DNA of 62,830 bases, counting the filler, from Asterionella formosa (taxonomy: Eukaryota): the NCBI GenBank assembly GCA_002256025.1. It is 4 parts of 4 records of this genome, joined end to end, with 100 filler letters (N's around TTAATTAATTAA, not from the genome) between each part and the next. Parts side by side here need not be neighbours in the genome. Positions count along the whole stretch, not along the records: positions 31,492 to 47,119 come from NKIB01005347.1; positions 47,220 to 62,830 come from NKIB01005358.1; 2 more parts are not named here. One strand, 5' to 3'. Under the pieces are notes generated by a model. It was given only the letters and a program-made list of their open reading frames with translations. It was not told where the DNA came from and did no database searches. Position 1 is the first letter of the stretch. Each line of letters starts with the position of its first letter. The position numbers and the translations under genes are program-made. Shown here piece after piece: positions 42,598 through 53,561 of the stretch.

Positions 42598-42890
42598 CTA
42601 CCGGTAGTACCGGTAATTGTTTGTTGTTCCTAAGCAATTAATACTTCGGAAAGAAACTATAGCTAACAAAATCAAAACCGTTGAATATAAAGAACAAACA
42701 TGTGTTTGTTTCTCTTGAAAACCATTTCAACTTTATTTACCGTGTACCGGTACACTTGAAATTCGACCATGCTCCAGAGGTTTAAATCAACAACGCACGC
42801 ACTCCATCGTTGTGTACCCGTACCAGTACCTGGTACGATACACTGACGGCATGATAAATATTTTATGGTGCACCGGTACCAGTACCTACC
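42598..42890. repeat. TACCGGTA/TACCTGGTA cluster in the Costars/NUFIP1 divergent promoter, running into a gap
   Basis: taccggtagtaccggta (42599-42615), gtaccggtac (42745), gtaccagtacctggtac (42820-42836), accggtaccagtacc (42872); gtacctggta resumes at 43411 after the gap. Confidence 0.82.
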
Positions 42891-43464
42891 TNNNNNNNNN
42901 NNNNNNNNNNNNNNNNNNNNNNNNNNNNNNNNNNNNNNNNNNNNNNNNNNNNNNNNNNNNNNNNNNNNNNNNNNNNNNNNNNNNNNNNNNNNNNNNNNNN
43001 NNNNNNNNNNNNNNNNNNNNNNNNNNNNNNNNNNNNNNNNNNNNNNNNNNNNNNNNNNNNNNNNNNNNNNNNNNNNNNNNNNNNNNNNNNNNNNNNNNNN
43101 NNNNNNNNNNNNNNNNNNNNNNNNNNNNNNNNNNNNNNNNNNNNNNNNNNNNNNNNNNNNNNNNNNNNNNNNNNNNNNNNNNNNNNNNNNNNNNNNNNNN
43201 NNNNNNNNNNNNNNNNNNNNNNNNNNNNNNNNNNNNNNNNNNNNNNNNNNNNNNNNNNNNNNNNNNNNNNNNNNNNNNNNNNNNNNNNNNNNNNNNNNNN
43301 NNNNNNNNNNNNNNNNNNNNNNNNNNNNNNNNNNNNNNNNNNNNNNNNNNNNNNNNNNNNNNNNNNNNNNNNTTCGTTTTCCTCCTTTATCACTGGTAGA
43401 GTATTTTCTAGTACCTGGTAGCAGCAGTCTTTATAGTTCGCTCCATTCGATTCCCCCTACCACA

Positions 43465-44445
43465 ATGCCAAATCCACCCCAGCCCCCTCCTTGGAGCCAG
43501 CAGCAACCATATTGTGGACAATACACATCAGGATATCCAAATGCGCAATACTCGGACTTGAATTATCCAAGTCCTGCACAATTTCCAGTAGCAGTTCCAC
43601 CACCAGCCTACCCCACTTGGAATCAAGCCAACTATCCAGTCGTACCCTATCCAGGCATCCGTTCAGCCACTCTTTCTCATGCTGAACTTCCCTTGAAACA
43701 ACCGAAAATGGAATTCCGCTGCGACAGTTGTGATCTGACGCTCGATTCCGAAATTGCACACTCGGCGCACATTCAATCGCATACCAGTTGCAACCTGTGT
43801 GACTATGTGGCGTCCCCGAAATTAGTCAAGGCTCACTATCAGTCAGTACATGGAAAATTTAGTGGAACGGGATTCAAGAGTGTTACCATTGCCATTCCAG
43901 GCTGCCCTGTCCAGCGATTCAAGATTTGTGTAGGGGATCACCCTGAGGACATTTCCAAGTGGATCGCCGAGAGAAGGAAGCGATTTCCGAGAAGGCAGCC
44001 ACCCAAAGAAGCAAACGAAGAAGCACCAACAATTCTCGGCAACCTCTTGGATGGTTATGGATCCTCTTCGTCGGAGGAAGAAGCACAGGCGACGGAAACA
44101 AAAAATGAATGGGAAAGCAGGACGACCAACAACGACACTGAAGAAAAGGTATTTACCAATAAACCCTTCAGCAACCATAAAACAAGAATTTGCAGATATT
44201 TTCAACGAAATGGGACGTGTCATAATGGAGATAATTGCAACTTTAGTCATGAAATTGAACAGCATCTAACAAAACAGAAACGAGAACCGGACAATCGCCG
44301 TCAGCAAACAAAGACGAAGACTTCTAGCACGCTGTTGCGAAAACTTCTCAAAACTGATGAAGATCGAGAAAATGTTTTGACTCTGCAACTTTTACGCTAT
44401 ATTATGGATTGTAACTATTTGCAAGAGCAGCGCGAGCAAAAATAG
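43465..44445 (+). CDS. NUFIP1: NUFIP1/Rsa1-like box C/D snoRNP assembly factor with C2H2 and CCCH zinc fingers
   Basis: CDSC...HIQSH and CNLC...HYQSVH fingers, PEDISKWIAERRKRFP (NUFIP1 PEP motif), CRYFQRNGTCHNGDNCNFSH, LLRKLL...ENVLTLQLLRYI. Confidence 0.85.
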   Translation: MPNPPQPPPWSQQQPYCGQYTSGYPNAQYSDLNYPSPAQFPVAVPPPAYPTWNQANYPVVPYPGIRSATLSHAELPLKQPKMEFRCDSCDLTLDSEIAHSAHIQSHTSCNLCDYVASPKLVKAHYQSVHGKFSGTGFKSVTIAIPGCPVQRFKICVGDHPEDISKWIAERRKRFPRRQPPKEANEEAPTILGNLLDGYGSSSSEEEAQATETKNEWESRTTNNDTEEKVFTNKPFSNHKTRICRYFQRNGTCHNGDNCNFSHEIEQHLTKQKREPDNRRQQTKTKTSSTLLRKLLKTDEDRENVLTLQLLRYIMDCNYLQEQREQK

Positions 44446-45208
44446 TTGATTTCGAATCTATACTCACATCTCCATTGCCATGACTTTTGAGGACCCCGAG
44501 ACCTCGATACTGATACATTCTTTTGTGATTGGGTTGGACGATTTGAAGCAATTTATACTCTCCCTGTTGACACTTCATTGTGGACTTTATGTTCCAGGTA
44601 CTTTCGACTTTGCTTCAAGGAATTGTTTGCTCTGTAGACTTCATAATGGATGCTACTCATGACGTTCCATTCGATCTGATGAGAAAATTCCACAATGCTC
44701 TGCGATTTGGGAAGCACAGCGATTTTCAAGAACGAGTGGAATGGTTACCTGCACTGAACGAGGGCACACATACCATTCGTTTCACAGCATTTATGCTTAT
44801 CCCAGGTCCGTAGTGCGATGATTCCCGATGATCTCCTTCATTTGTCCCACGCTTCGGAAATAAAAGTGAATGTAGACCATGTTCCCTACTGGTAATTGCG
44901 TAGCAGGTAACGCACTGGACTGGACATGTGCATCTATATTAGCCATGTGATTGAAGGTGACGGTTATTTTATGTGCAACGACACTAAAAAGTGTTTGTCG
45001 AGGCGAGAACGATGATGATTCCTCAAGTAGCGACTCTGTCTTGAATGAACTGGTATCCATATTTCAGACCAGGAATGAATGATTTGTGTGTTCTAGGACC
45101 TCCACCGCTTGTCATGGATGAGCGGCTTGACGCCATCCTCGGTGCATGCTGATCTACTAGTCAAAGCCGAACTAACAATGACACATTTTGAGTATGCTCT
45201 TAGCTATT

Positions 45209-47010
45209 TTAACCAAAACCTCCTCCACCACCTTTGCCCTTCTTGTTCTTCTTCTTTGCAGCCCTGCGAGCGTCTCGATTGCCTTGTGGCATCGACATGG
45301 CCCCAAAGTCGGTTCCGTCAATCGAAGGATCGACGCCTCCAGGGCCCATTTGCTTTTGCATTCGACTCATCATGGTTCTCATTCTTTGGAATTCACTCAT
45401 GAACGCCATACCATCTTCAAAACTGGATCCTGATCCTTTTGTAATTCTAATAATTCTTGAACGAGATGTCGTATCTTTAATTAGCAAATCTGGATTTGCT
45501 CGTTCCTTCTTAGTCATACTGAAGATCATGGCTTCATTCTTTTTTAGTCGTTTTTCGACTTCTCTTATCTTGGAGCTGTCTAAAGCAGCGCCCATGCCAG
45601 GGAGCATCTTTGCTACTCCCGCAAGGGATCCCATTTTTGACACCAACCTTGTCTGCTGCAAGAAATCATCAAAATCGAAACTTGCATCCAACATCTTCTT
45701 TTGCATATTTGCAGCATCAGCATCAGTAACTTCTGCGGCTGCCTTTTCCACCAAACTTATCACATCACCCATGCCCAGAATACGGGAAGCCATGCGGTCT
45801 GGGTAAAATGGTTCCATATCTGCAGTCTTCTCACCTGTACCGACGAACTTAATGGGTTTTCCACTGACACCACGGACACTCACAGCAGCACCACCACGAG
45901 AGTCACCATCCATCTTGGTGAGAATAGCTCCTGTTATACCAACAGCGGCGTCAAACGAAGCTGTCAATGAAGCCGCTTCTTGGCCAGTCATTGCGTCGAC
46001 AACGAGCAATGTTTCCGATGGACCCACTGTTGTCGATGAATGATTAGCATGACGAACCCACAAGGAGATTATTTAAAATTATTTCAGTACATACCTGCTT
46101 TCTGGATTCTCCTTAATTCGTCCATTAAGTTTTCGTCAATAACCTGGCGACCAGCTGTATCAACAATCACTGTGTCGTAGCCTTCTGCCTTCGCTTTCGC
46201 TACAGCCTGAACGGCGATATCGACTGGATCCACATCGCTTCCCATTGAAAACACATCAACATTGATAGAATCTCCCAAAATTTGCAACTGTTTGATGGCG
46301 GCAGGTCGGTAAACATCGGCAGCTGCTAACAAAACCTTGCGCTGTGTTTTGGGGAGGCGCGAGACGAGTGTTTGTGAAACCTCGACTGGGTCCATGGCTT
46401 GTACAGCAACATAGTCCACTTCACGCTCCTTCAAGAACAAGGCCAGTTTTCCAGCTGCTGTTGTCTTACCCGCTCCCTGCAAACCAGCAAGCAAAATAAC
46501 GGCCGGTTCCCCAACAATGCCCCTCGCCAAAGTTGCAGCTGGAGTACTCTGGCCTGCATCCCCCGGCTTTCCTTTCTTGCTGTCACCTCCCATCATATCG
46601 AGTAGCTCATCGTACATGTTCTTGATGAATTGCTGGTCCGCAGTGACCCCTGCGATAACAACCGTCCCCAGAGCGCGCCGCTTGACGCCTTCAATAAGGG
46701 TATCTGCCACTTGCATGTTGACGTCGGCGTCCAACAAAGCACGACGAACATCGCGAAGAGCCGGTGCGATGGCGTTTTCAGTCATCCTCTGCTTTGGACC
46801 CAGGCTCTTTGCTATACCTCCAATGGCAGAGGCGAGTTGGTCAAACATCATAGAGAGTCCAATTCGTGAAGCTCTGAAAGCAGGTCTCTGCATACCATGA
46901 CGGCAGCTTGAGGTGAATTCGGAACATGTTGAGGAAGGAACAAATGCCTCGGCGACCGGTAGGCACCATTGTAAAACGAGAACTCCTTGTACAAGCCTCA
47001 TCATACTCAA
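45209..47010 (-). CDS. cpSRP54: Chloroplast SRP54 (Ffh-type), nucleus-encoded; exons 47010-46095 and 46026-45209
   Basis: Signal peptide ending AEA-FVP; VRRALLDADV, GLQGAGKTT, DVYRPAA, DTAGR, DAMTGQ, TKMDGDSRGGAA, PFYPDRMASRILGMGD; 68-nt GTATGT...CAG intron (46094-46027). Confidence 0.95.
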
Positions 47011-47119
47011 TAACCCAGAAGGGCTAAAGCCAGACGATCTATTGATTCAAAGCGAATACTATAGTATGGAGATGGATGATGATGTTCATCAAATGTGCAT
47101 CAGCCATGTGATTCGGGTA

Positions 47120-47219
47120 NNNNNNNNNNNNNNNNNNNNNNNNNNNNNNNNNNNNNNNNNNNNTTAATTAATTAANNNNNNNNNNNNNNNNNNNNNNNNN
47201 NNNNNNNNNNNNNNNNNNN
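47120..47219. other. Artificial scaffold-concatenation spacer
   Basis: 44 N + TTAATTAATTAA (47164-47175) + 44 N. Confidence 0.97.
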
Positions 47220-48459
47220 TCATTCCATTCCAATCCATTCTGATTGAGTGTGATCGCCAGGCTGCTCCAGCACTATCGACTCCCTCTAGCTGAAAATACG
47301 TAGCTTGTGATATGAACTCATAGTAGAAATGAAGCAAATCGCGTTAGTACAAGAAAAGCATTGCTTGGCGGAAATATTGACATCATGGTAAATGACTATA
47401 CAAATCAACAAATATGATCAACAACAATGCATTGTCGTCAAAGAGTAGTCATCGATAAATATGTTGGTTCTTATATAGAACCAATCAAAACAAAATGACA
47501 GGGAACGACAAACAACGATAGAAGCGATCAAAACGGACCATGGAAGCAATCAAATCGGAAATTCGACAATTAGTATCTACGATCACATTCAGTGTTTCAC
47601 TGTTGTACTCACCGATCCGCTCTAACAAGCGCAACACACAACGTCGAAAGTTCCTGTTGCAAGCCCGAACTGAGTGCAATGGCAGACAGGATAGATTGAG
47701 AAGGATAATTATGAGGACGAAATCAGGCATATGGTATGTAAAATCAATCAATATGTGAACGATACAATTTAACATTCTGGTCTTGTAAAGATAATACCGA
47801 GTCTACAGCGATAAAATTATAACGTGTTCAAAATAAGTGTGAAAGTTTAGCTTAAAACCATGCATGGTTGTGTATAGTACCAAGTACGTATGTAAGCTAG
47901 ATGACTATCGGTAGAATATCCGTTAAGCATCATCACATGCATGACCGGAGCAAAAACTTGCCAGCAACATCAGATGTTTCGAAATCATCATTCGCCCAAC
48001 GAAATATGGATGATGCGACTACATGAATCCCTCGAGAAGACAAGCAATCCAACAACCAACCGCATCAGTTAGCAAACCGGTCATGATGGACGACGATCGG
48101 CATGCTGAAAGGTGAATTGCCGGAGTCGACTTTTCAGGAGACGAACAAAAACGAGGTGAATTTGAAAATCTGTATAGTGTATTAAATGGTTTCCTTAAGG
48201 ACCGGTAGACCCCTTGCCGATTTCGGCAATCCCAGGGCTGGAAAACCGAGGGGCAATTGGCGTCTGTTGTCTTGCCAAAATGCTAAAATATGAAATGTAC
48301 AAAATAAATTCTAATGATGGGCAATATCGGACCTTTGGCAATTTTCGATGTGAAGATAGGAAATATTCGGAATATACTTTATATGATGGGCAATAGTTAG
48401 CTAAAATTGACATTTATGCTTTATTTATGGGCAGTAGGTAAGCGAATGAGTCGACGATA

Positions 48460-48670
48460 GCTAGAGCGGGAATCGCCTCAGCAACACCCTTCTCGGCGGC
48501 AACTTGCCTTCTCGTATACATGTGAACTCGGCTGGGAAGGCACTCGTAGGGTGACCTTCTCGCAGCGCCGGGGGCGCCACTCGTACGGTCAAACTACTCG
48601 CGCCACCCAGCCTCGAACACGAACACAAGAATACTCGCAGGCAGTCTCCACCCTCGGTCGTGTCTTTTTA
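48460..48670. other. GC-rich non-coding element with ten periodically spaced CTCG motifs
   Basis: CTCG at 48492, 48511, 48527, 48543, 48559, 48580, 48597, 48612, 48634, 48653; ends at a T5 run (48665-48669). Confidence 0.6.
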
Positions 48671-48759
48671 CCTTTAGCAATCTTTTGTTAAGATAATCAT
48701 CGCCTCGGACTGTCGAGTGTGTTTGTAGATCACGACCTTTAGCTCTTGACTCTGTCGGC

Positions 48760-50007
48760 ATGTATTCCGGTCATCACAACAGAATACGTAGAATAGCAAG
48801 ATTGCTATGTTATGCACTTCTTTCATTGTTGATATCGGCCTCAAACTCCACAGTCCATTCCAATCTCAGAGGCTTCCATGCTCCGCTGTCCCTGCGTACC
48901 GTCCCTCTCCACGCCGCCAGTGGCACACACCACGTGCATGTGTACATTGGCTCGCCTCCTCAACGGCAAACTCTAATTGTGGATACAGGATCTCGATTAA
49001 TGGCCTTTCCTTGTCAGCCTTGTCGAGCCTGTGGAACGCATGCATCCAAATACTTTAATCCCCATTTGTCAACAACAGACAGAAGGCCACAATGTGGAGC
49101 TTGCTTACTAGAAGGAGTATCAACATGTTCTACTTTTAATAAGGACTGCATCGTTACGCAAAAGTACACAGAAGGCTCTAGCTGGACTGCTCATGAACTC
49201 GAAGACTTGGTCTGGTTGGGATCAGATCGCAAAGAAGAGTCACTTGAAGAATTTATCAAGTTCGCTGTTCCTTACCCTTTTGGATGTCAGACTTCGGAAA
49301 AAGGCCTTTTTCAGAAGCAGTATGCCGATGGTATTTTAGGGCTGTCAATTCATCATTCATCCTTTATTCAAGCCCTCTTCGATGCCCGATCCATTCCTAG
49401 AAATTCATTTTCAATGTGCATGACCAAGTCTGGAGGGTCTCTTTCACTTGGAGGTGCAATGGGGGAACTCGACATGTCATATACTCAGATTGAACGAAAC
49501 CATGGATGGTATGCTGTTGAAGTCACAGAAGTCAAGCTGAAGAATTCTTGTATAGCATGTTGTAATTCAACAGACATCTTGTCCTTCAAAAGTGGTAAAG
49601 GTACTATTTTGGATTCTGGCACAACAGATACCTATTTACCGGCTGCAATTGCAGGACTATTTGAGCGAGCCTGGAAAGAAATAACTGGTATGATTTTTGC
49701 ACAAAGAAAGCGTTCGTACACTTATGCCGATTTTGAATTGTTGCCCCATATTCATTTGACATTCCAAGGGGGAGCTAATTTAACCATTTTCCCCGAGCAC
49801 TACATGGAAGGTATCCCACAGCATGTTCCTTGGTCTCACAGTGTGACACTGATCAATCGAGTCTATGTAGACGAACCGGAAGGTGCAGTATTAGGGGCCA
49901 ATGCGATGATGGGACATGAGATTTACTTTGACACACAGGGGGGGCAAGTGGGAATTGTGAGAAGTAGCTGTGTTGATAAAGATCATGCTATTAGCTACTC
50001 GGAGTAG
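48760..50007 (+). CDS. Secreted A1 aspartic protease, plasmepsin V/ASP5-like
   Basis: Signal peptide; VYIGSPPQRQTLIVDTGSRLMAFPC, CRACGTH, FGCQTSEKGLFQKQYADGILGL, second catalytic motif ILDSGTTDTYLP, AVLGANAM. Confidence 0.92.
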   Translation: MYSGHHNRIRRIARLLCYALLSLLISASNSTVHSNLRGFHAPLSLRTVPLHAASGTHHVHVYIGSPPQRQTLIVDTGSRLMAFPCQPCRACGTHASKYFNPHLSTTDRRPQCGACLLEGVSTCSTFNKDCIVTQKYTEGSSWTAHELEDLVWLGSDRKEESLEEFIKFAVPYPFGCQTSEKGLFQKQYADGILGLSIHHSSFIQALFDARSIPRNSFSMCMTKSGGSLSLGGAMGELDMSYTQIERNHGWYAVEVTEVKLKNSCIACCNSTDILSFKSGKGTILDSGTTDTYLPAAIAGLFERAWKEITGMIFAQRKRSYTYADFELLPHIHLTFQGGANLTIFPEHYMEGIPQHVPWSHSVTLINRVYVDEPEGAVLGANAMMGHEIYFDTQGGQVGIVRSSCVDKDHAISYSE

Positions 50008-50048
50008 GATTATTGCTAGGAGTAGAAAGAAAATTGCTGTATGACAAC

Positions 50049-50978
50049 TTATTCATTGCCGCCTTCATCATCATATTCGTCTGCACCCTTTACTTCCAAG
50101 TCTTCTCCATATTGAATGGTATGGTCGATTGTAATTAGACAATGATCTAGGGATTCTTCATCGGTGATGTTCAATGGCAAAAATGAAACCATGGTGTAAT
50201 CATCAAGCAATGCACAAATAGCTTCCGTGAGTTTGAATCGTTTCTGCCTTCTTTTCTCCATTTCCCGATCCCCTGTTATCCCTCTATGATAATTTTCTGT
50301 ATCCCACAGTTGCCTAGCTGACTCCATCGACAACATTTTCTCGATTTCTTCTGGTGCCATCAAATCACACTTGGTCAATACATTGACATGAGGCAGCTCC
50401 AATGCTATCATTGCACTCAGCGCTAGCAAACTTCCCGAAATGAATTTTGATGCATCGCACAAAAATGTAGCATCACACAAGAAAACCCCGACCATACTGC
50501 TTTCAAAGCCCCACAGCCTCATTTGATCCAGAATACGTCTCATGATTGGCACATGTGTATAAAGTTCTAGCTGTCCTGGGCAATCCAAGATAAGGTATTC
50601 GTCGTCATCAAAGTCCTCCAAATGATCTTGCAACCAACTCAAATTAGTCAATAAATATTCCATGCAGTAAATCAAAGCCCCATTTGGTCCCAGACCGAGT
50701 TCCTCCATTACATCTTCGACGCCGACAAGGTCCCGAATATCAAACGCCAAGTCATAAGCAAAGTTTTCCGCGGCAGGATCAAGATTGGCGACATGTACGC
50801 GACGTTTCTTAGCGAGGCAGTGCTGTTGAATGGCAGCACAGTAAGTAGACTTTCCTGATCCAGCGGGGCCCTGTTCAGCCGGAAAGCAATGTTAGTTTTA
50901 GCTTCCATGATCCAACGGCGATAGCAATCCAGGCGCAGCGACGCGTACCATGATGATTTGAATACAGCAACGACCCAT
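50049..50978 (-). CDS. GPN3: GPN-loop GTPase 3; exons 50978-50949 and 50870-50049
   Basis: A 78-nt intron (50948-50871) gives MGRCCIQIIMGPAGSGKSTYC; NLDPAAE, LGPNGALIYCMEY, DCPGQLELYTH, IQYGEDLE (GPN3-type ending). Confidence 0.92.
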
Positions 50979-51128
50979 TTTGTTCTTCTCAATTTGGACC
51001 GCTCAATTGCTTTTGCTTTTAGTTTTGCTTTGTGCCACTTCTGCTTGAGGTTTATTGTGTTTCACAGCCATCGTCACGAGTCCATCAACATGTAAATAAC
51101 GGTATGATGAGGAGGACGATGGTATGAC

Positions 51129-51248
51129 ATACCGGTATCAAATCTACATACCGCCGGTCGTAAATACATCACACATTTTGTGCATTTACCGGTATGCAGT
51201 GCATACCGGTATAATAGGGGAATAGCTTACCAGTACGTGGTTACCGTA
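51129..51248. repeat. TACCGGTA cluster in the 5' flank of GPN3
   Basis: ataccggtat (51129), ttaccggtat (51186), ataccggtat (51203), taccagtac (51228). Confidence 0.75.
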
Positions 51249-52496
51249 GCTCACCTTCCGAGGTGGCGGGTGTCGTGTTCTATTCTCGCATTTTCCAAAA
51301 AAAGCTGCTGCTTTGGTTATGATGTAGTTCCTTGGGTTCCGGGTGGTGAGGCAGACAACGAGCAGGTCCAGTAAAGCTCTGTTTTTTTTAGGGGCCAAGT
51401 GCGACTTCACACCAACCTCCACAATTGTCGAGTTCTTTCACAAAAGCATAATACCAGTACCTGTACAATAAAATTTACTTAATACTTGCCCATGCCAAGA
51501 AGCGCTCCTCATCTTCCAATCCCACTACTTCACCATCCAGCAATTCTTCAAAAAAGACCACCATACTGGTACTACCACCATTCCAGCAGGACACTCCTTC
51601 GACTCAATCCCTCTGTCTCTCCACCTGATTCAGCTTACTCCAGCTGCTGTCTATTTTTTTTGTCTTCGTTTGCCACTTCTCTCTCCCATTCTAGTCAATT
51701 CTTCTTCTGAAATTGCCACTATACTTTGCCATGATATGTACTTTCTGCATCTCCCGAGGCCATTCTCGTGCCCTCTTCTTATGTTGTCACCAGCCAAGCA
51801 TGATGGATATTTCAGTTTGTTGCAATATGTCATGATGCAAGTCGCTTACCATGATATTACCACCAACATCGAATGTTCAGCCATAAAGAGGAAGGTGCCA
51901 TGAAAAGCTAATTATTTGTTTTTAGAAGTAACTAAAGAAATGAAAATAAGATGATATTACTTTGACATACATTGCCCTAGTACATGACAATCTGGTAGTG
52001 ACACTACAATCTGGAAAATCTGCATAGGTCGTGAGGACTGCTCCATGTGATTATGTATACAGATATTCTTACAATGCACGAAGAGGCAGTGATCACTTCC
52101 TCACATAAAAATTAGGTTTCAAAATGTATTGTAAAGGATTTCTTGCTAAAATGATGTGCCTAGTGGTCAGGTCACTTCTGCTACTATGCATCCTGCAAAA
52201 TATTCATAGCTACATAAATAGATCATTTTTATACCCACCATTCGAAATACATTCTTTTGAAGTGTATACTCATTCATTCCTCTGTAGGTCAAAGGATAAA
52301 GTCTGTTTTTTCGTCAGAATCAAGAATAGCTTTCTGGGGCTTCTTGACAGAGACAAGGTTGGTGGATTAACGAGATTGAATAGCAGAATTCGAGGTTAAC
52401 TAGGTCTGGAATAGCACTAAAGTAATCTCTCCAACTAGATTTGCACGTTGACCAACATGATAGGCTGCTACTCACATCGTATTCTGCTTCATCTAC

Positions 52497-53104
52497 CTAG
52501 CTACACATGCCTCCTTCCATTGGCACAGCATTTGGAATGTATCCATAGTTAACGATTTGAGCAACTAGAACCACTGAACCAACAATCATGGCCAAGAATG
52601 AAAGGCCTTCAGCAGCACCTAGAAGCCCCAAGGGACCAGCAGGGAGTCCATTTCCCTGAAAAGCGTGCGAGATGTAAGCTCCAACAAACTAGTGCATAAT
52701 TGGAGAGTTCTTATGGATCATGAGAGACTCACCGTTCGGAACTTGACAAAAACGGAGTATCCACTAATACCAACCATTCCCAAATAGCTCAACCCTTCTG
52801 CCAAACCTATCAAGCCAAACGGACCAGCTGGAAGGCCGCAGCCCGTAGAAAACAGAGTAAACTCTGAAAAGAACACAGTCAGTGCCATGACACTTCCTAC
52901 TGCACCAACAACGCCTTGGTCAGATTCTCTCAAACCAGAATTGTTGATAGCGAGCAAATGGGTAGGCGAAATCCTATGGAAGGCAGTCTTAGATTTGTAA
53001 ACTCTTGCAGACGCAACCGAGGCAAAGGATGACACTGTGCTTGCGATATGGGCCAACAGGATAAGAGTGATCACGATAGATAGCCGCTTCCAGTTCATTG
53101 TCAT
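52497..53104 (-). CDS. Small, probably plastid-targeted membrane protein with duplicated GxGLPAGP...AEGLSY/F motif; exons 53104-52733 and 52655-52497
   Basis: Signal peptide ending VSS-F; GCGLPAGPFGLIGLAEGLSYL then, after a 77-nt GTGAGT...CAG intron, GNGLPAGPLGLLGAAEGLSFL...YIPNAVPMEGGMCS*; resembles an uncharacterised plant/algal chloroplast protein family. Confidence 0.85.
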
Positions 53105-53512
53105 TTAGTCGTCTTTTGCAAATTTTTTCAATAAGCTGACTCCTTCTCCTCCCTTCCTTTCGTAACACAACAATGAACGATGAAATGAAGGGACAATAAT
53201 CATCGTCATCCTATGCTCCATACATCAGGCATTGTTGCATTATTTAATTGCCAGCTATTTCTTATCGTGACACAAATACAGACATATACCGTACTTGCTT
53301 TCTGTGTGTCTGTGCATCAAATTTTTGTGTGTCCGTCATCATGGCGCATACAATACACAGCACAGCCAAAACATTTTTTGTGTGCGTGGCCATCACACCA
53401 AAAACATTCATCATTTTTCTGTATGCCGTGGTGTCCTCGAATGTTATTGGTATGGATATGTATTTGTGAAAAATAAATGAGAATGCTATATGTATATGTA
53501 CGATTCCTATAT

Positions 53513-53561
53513 CCCTAACCCTTATCTTCAGATGCTGCTTTGGAAGAGTCTAGGGTTAGGG
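53513..53561. repeat. Inverted repeat with telomere-like arms
   Basis: CCCTAACCCT (53513-53522) and AGGGTTAGGG (53552-53561), with an inner TCTTC/GAAGA pairing. Confidence 0.7.

Noticed and set aside
44544..45060. Possible small spliced minus-strand gene between NUFIP1 and cpSRP54
   Set aside because: One plausible intron but no coherent start or recognisable domain.
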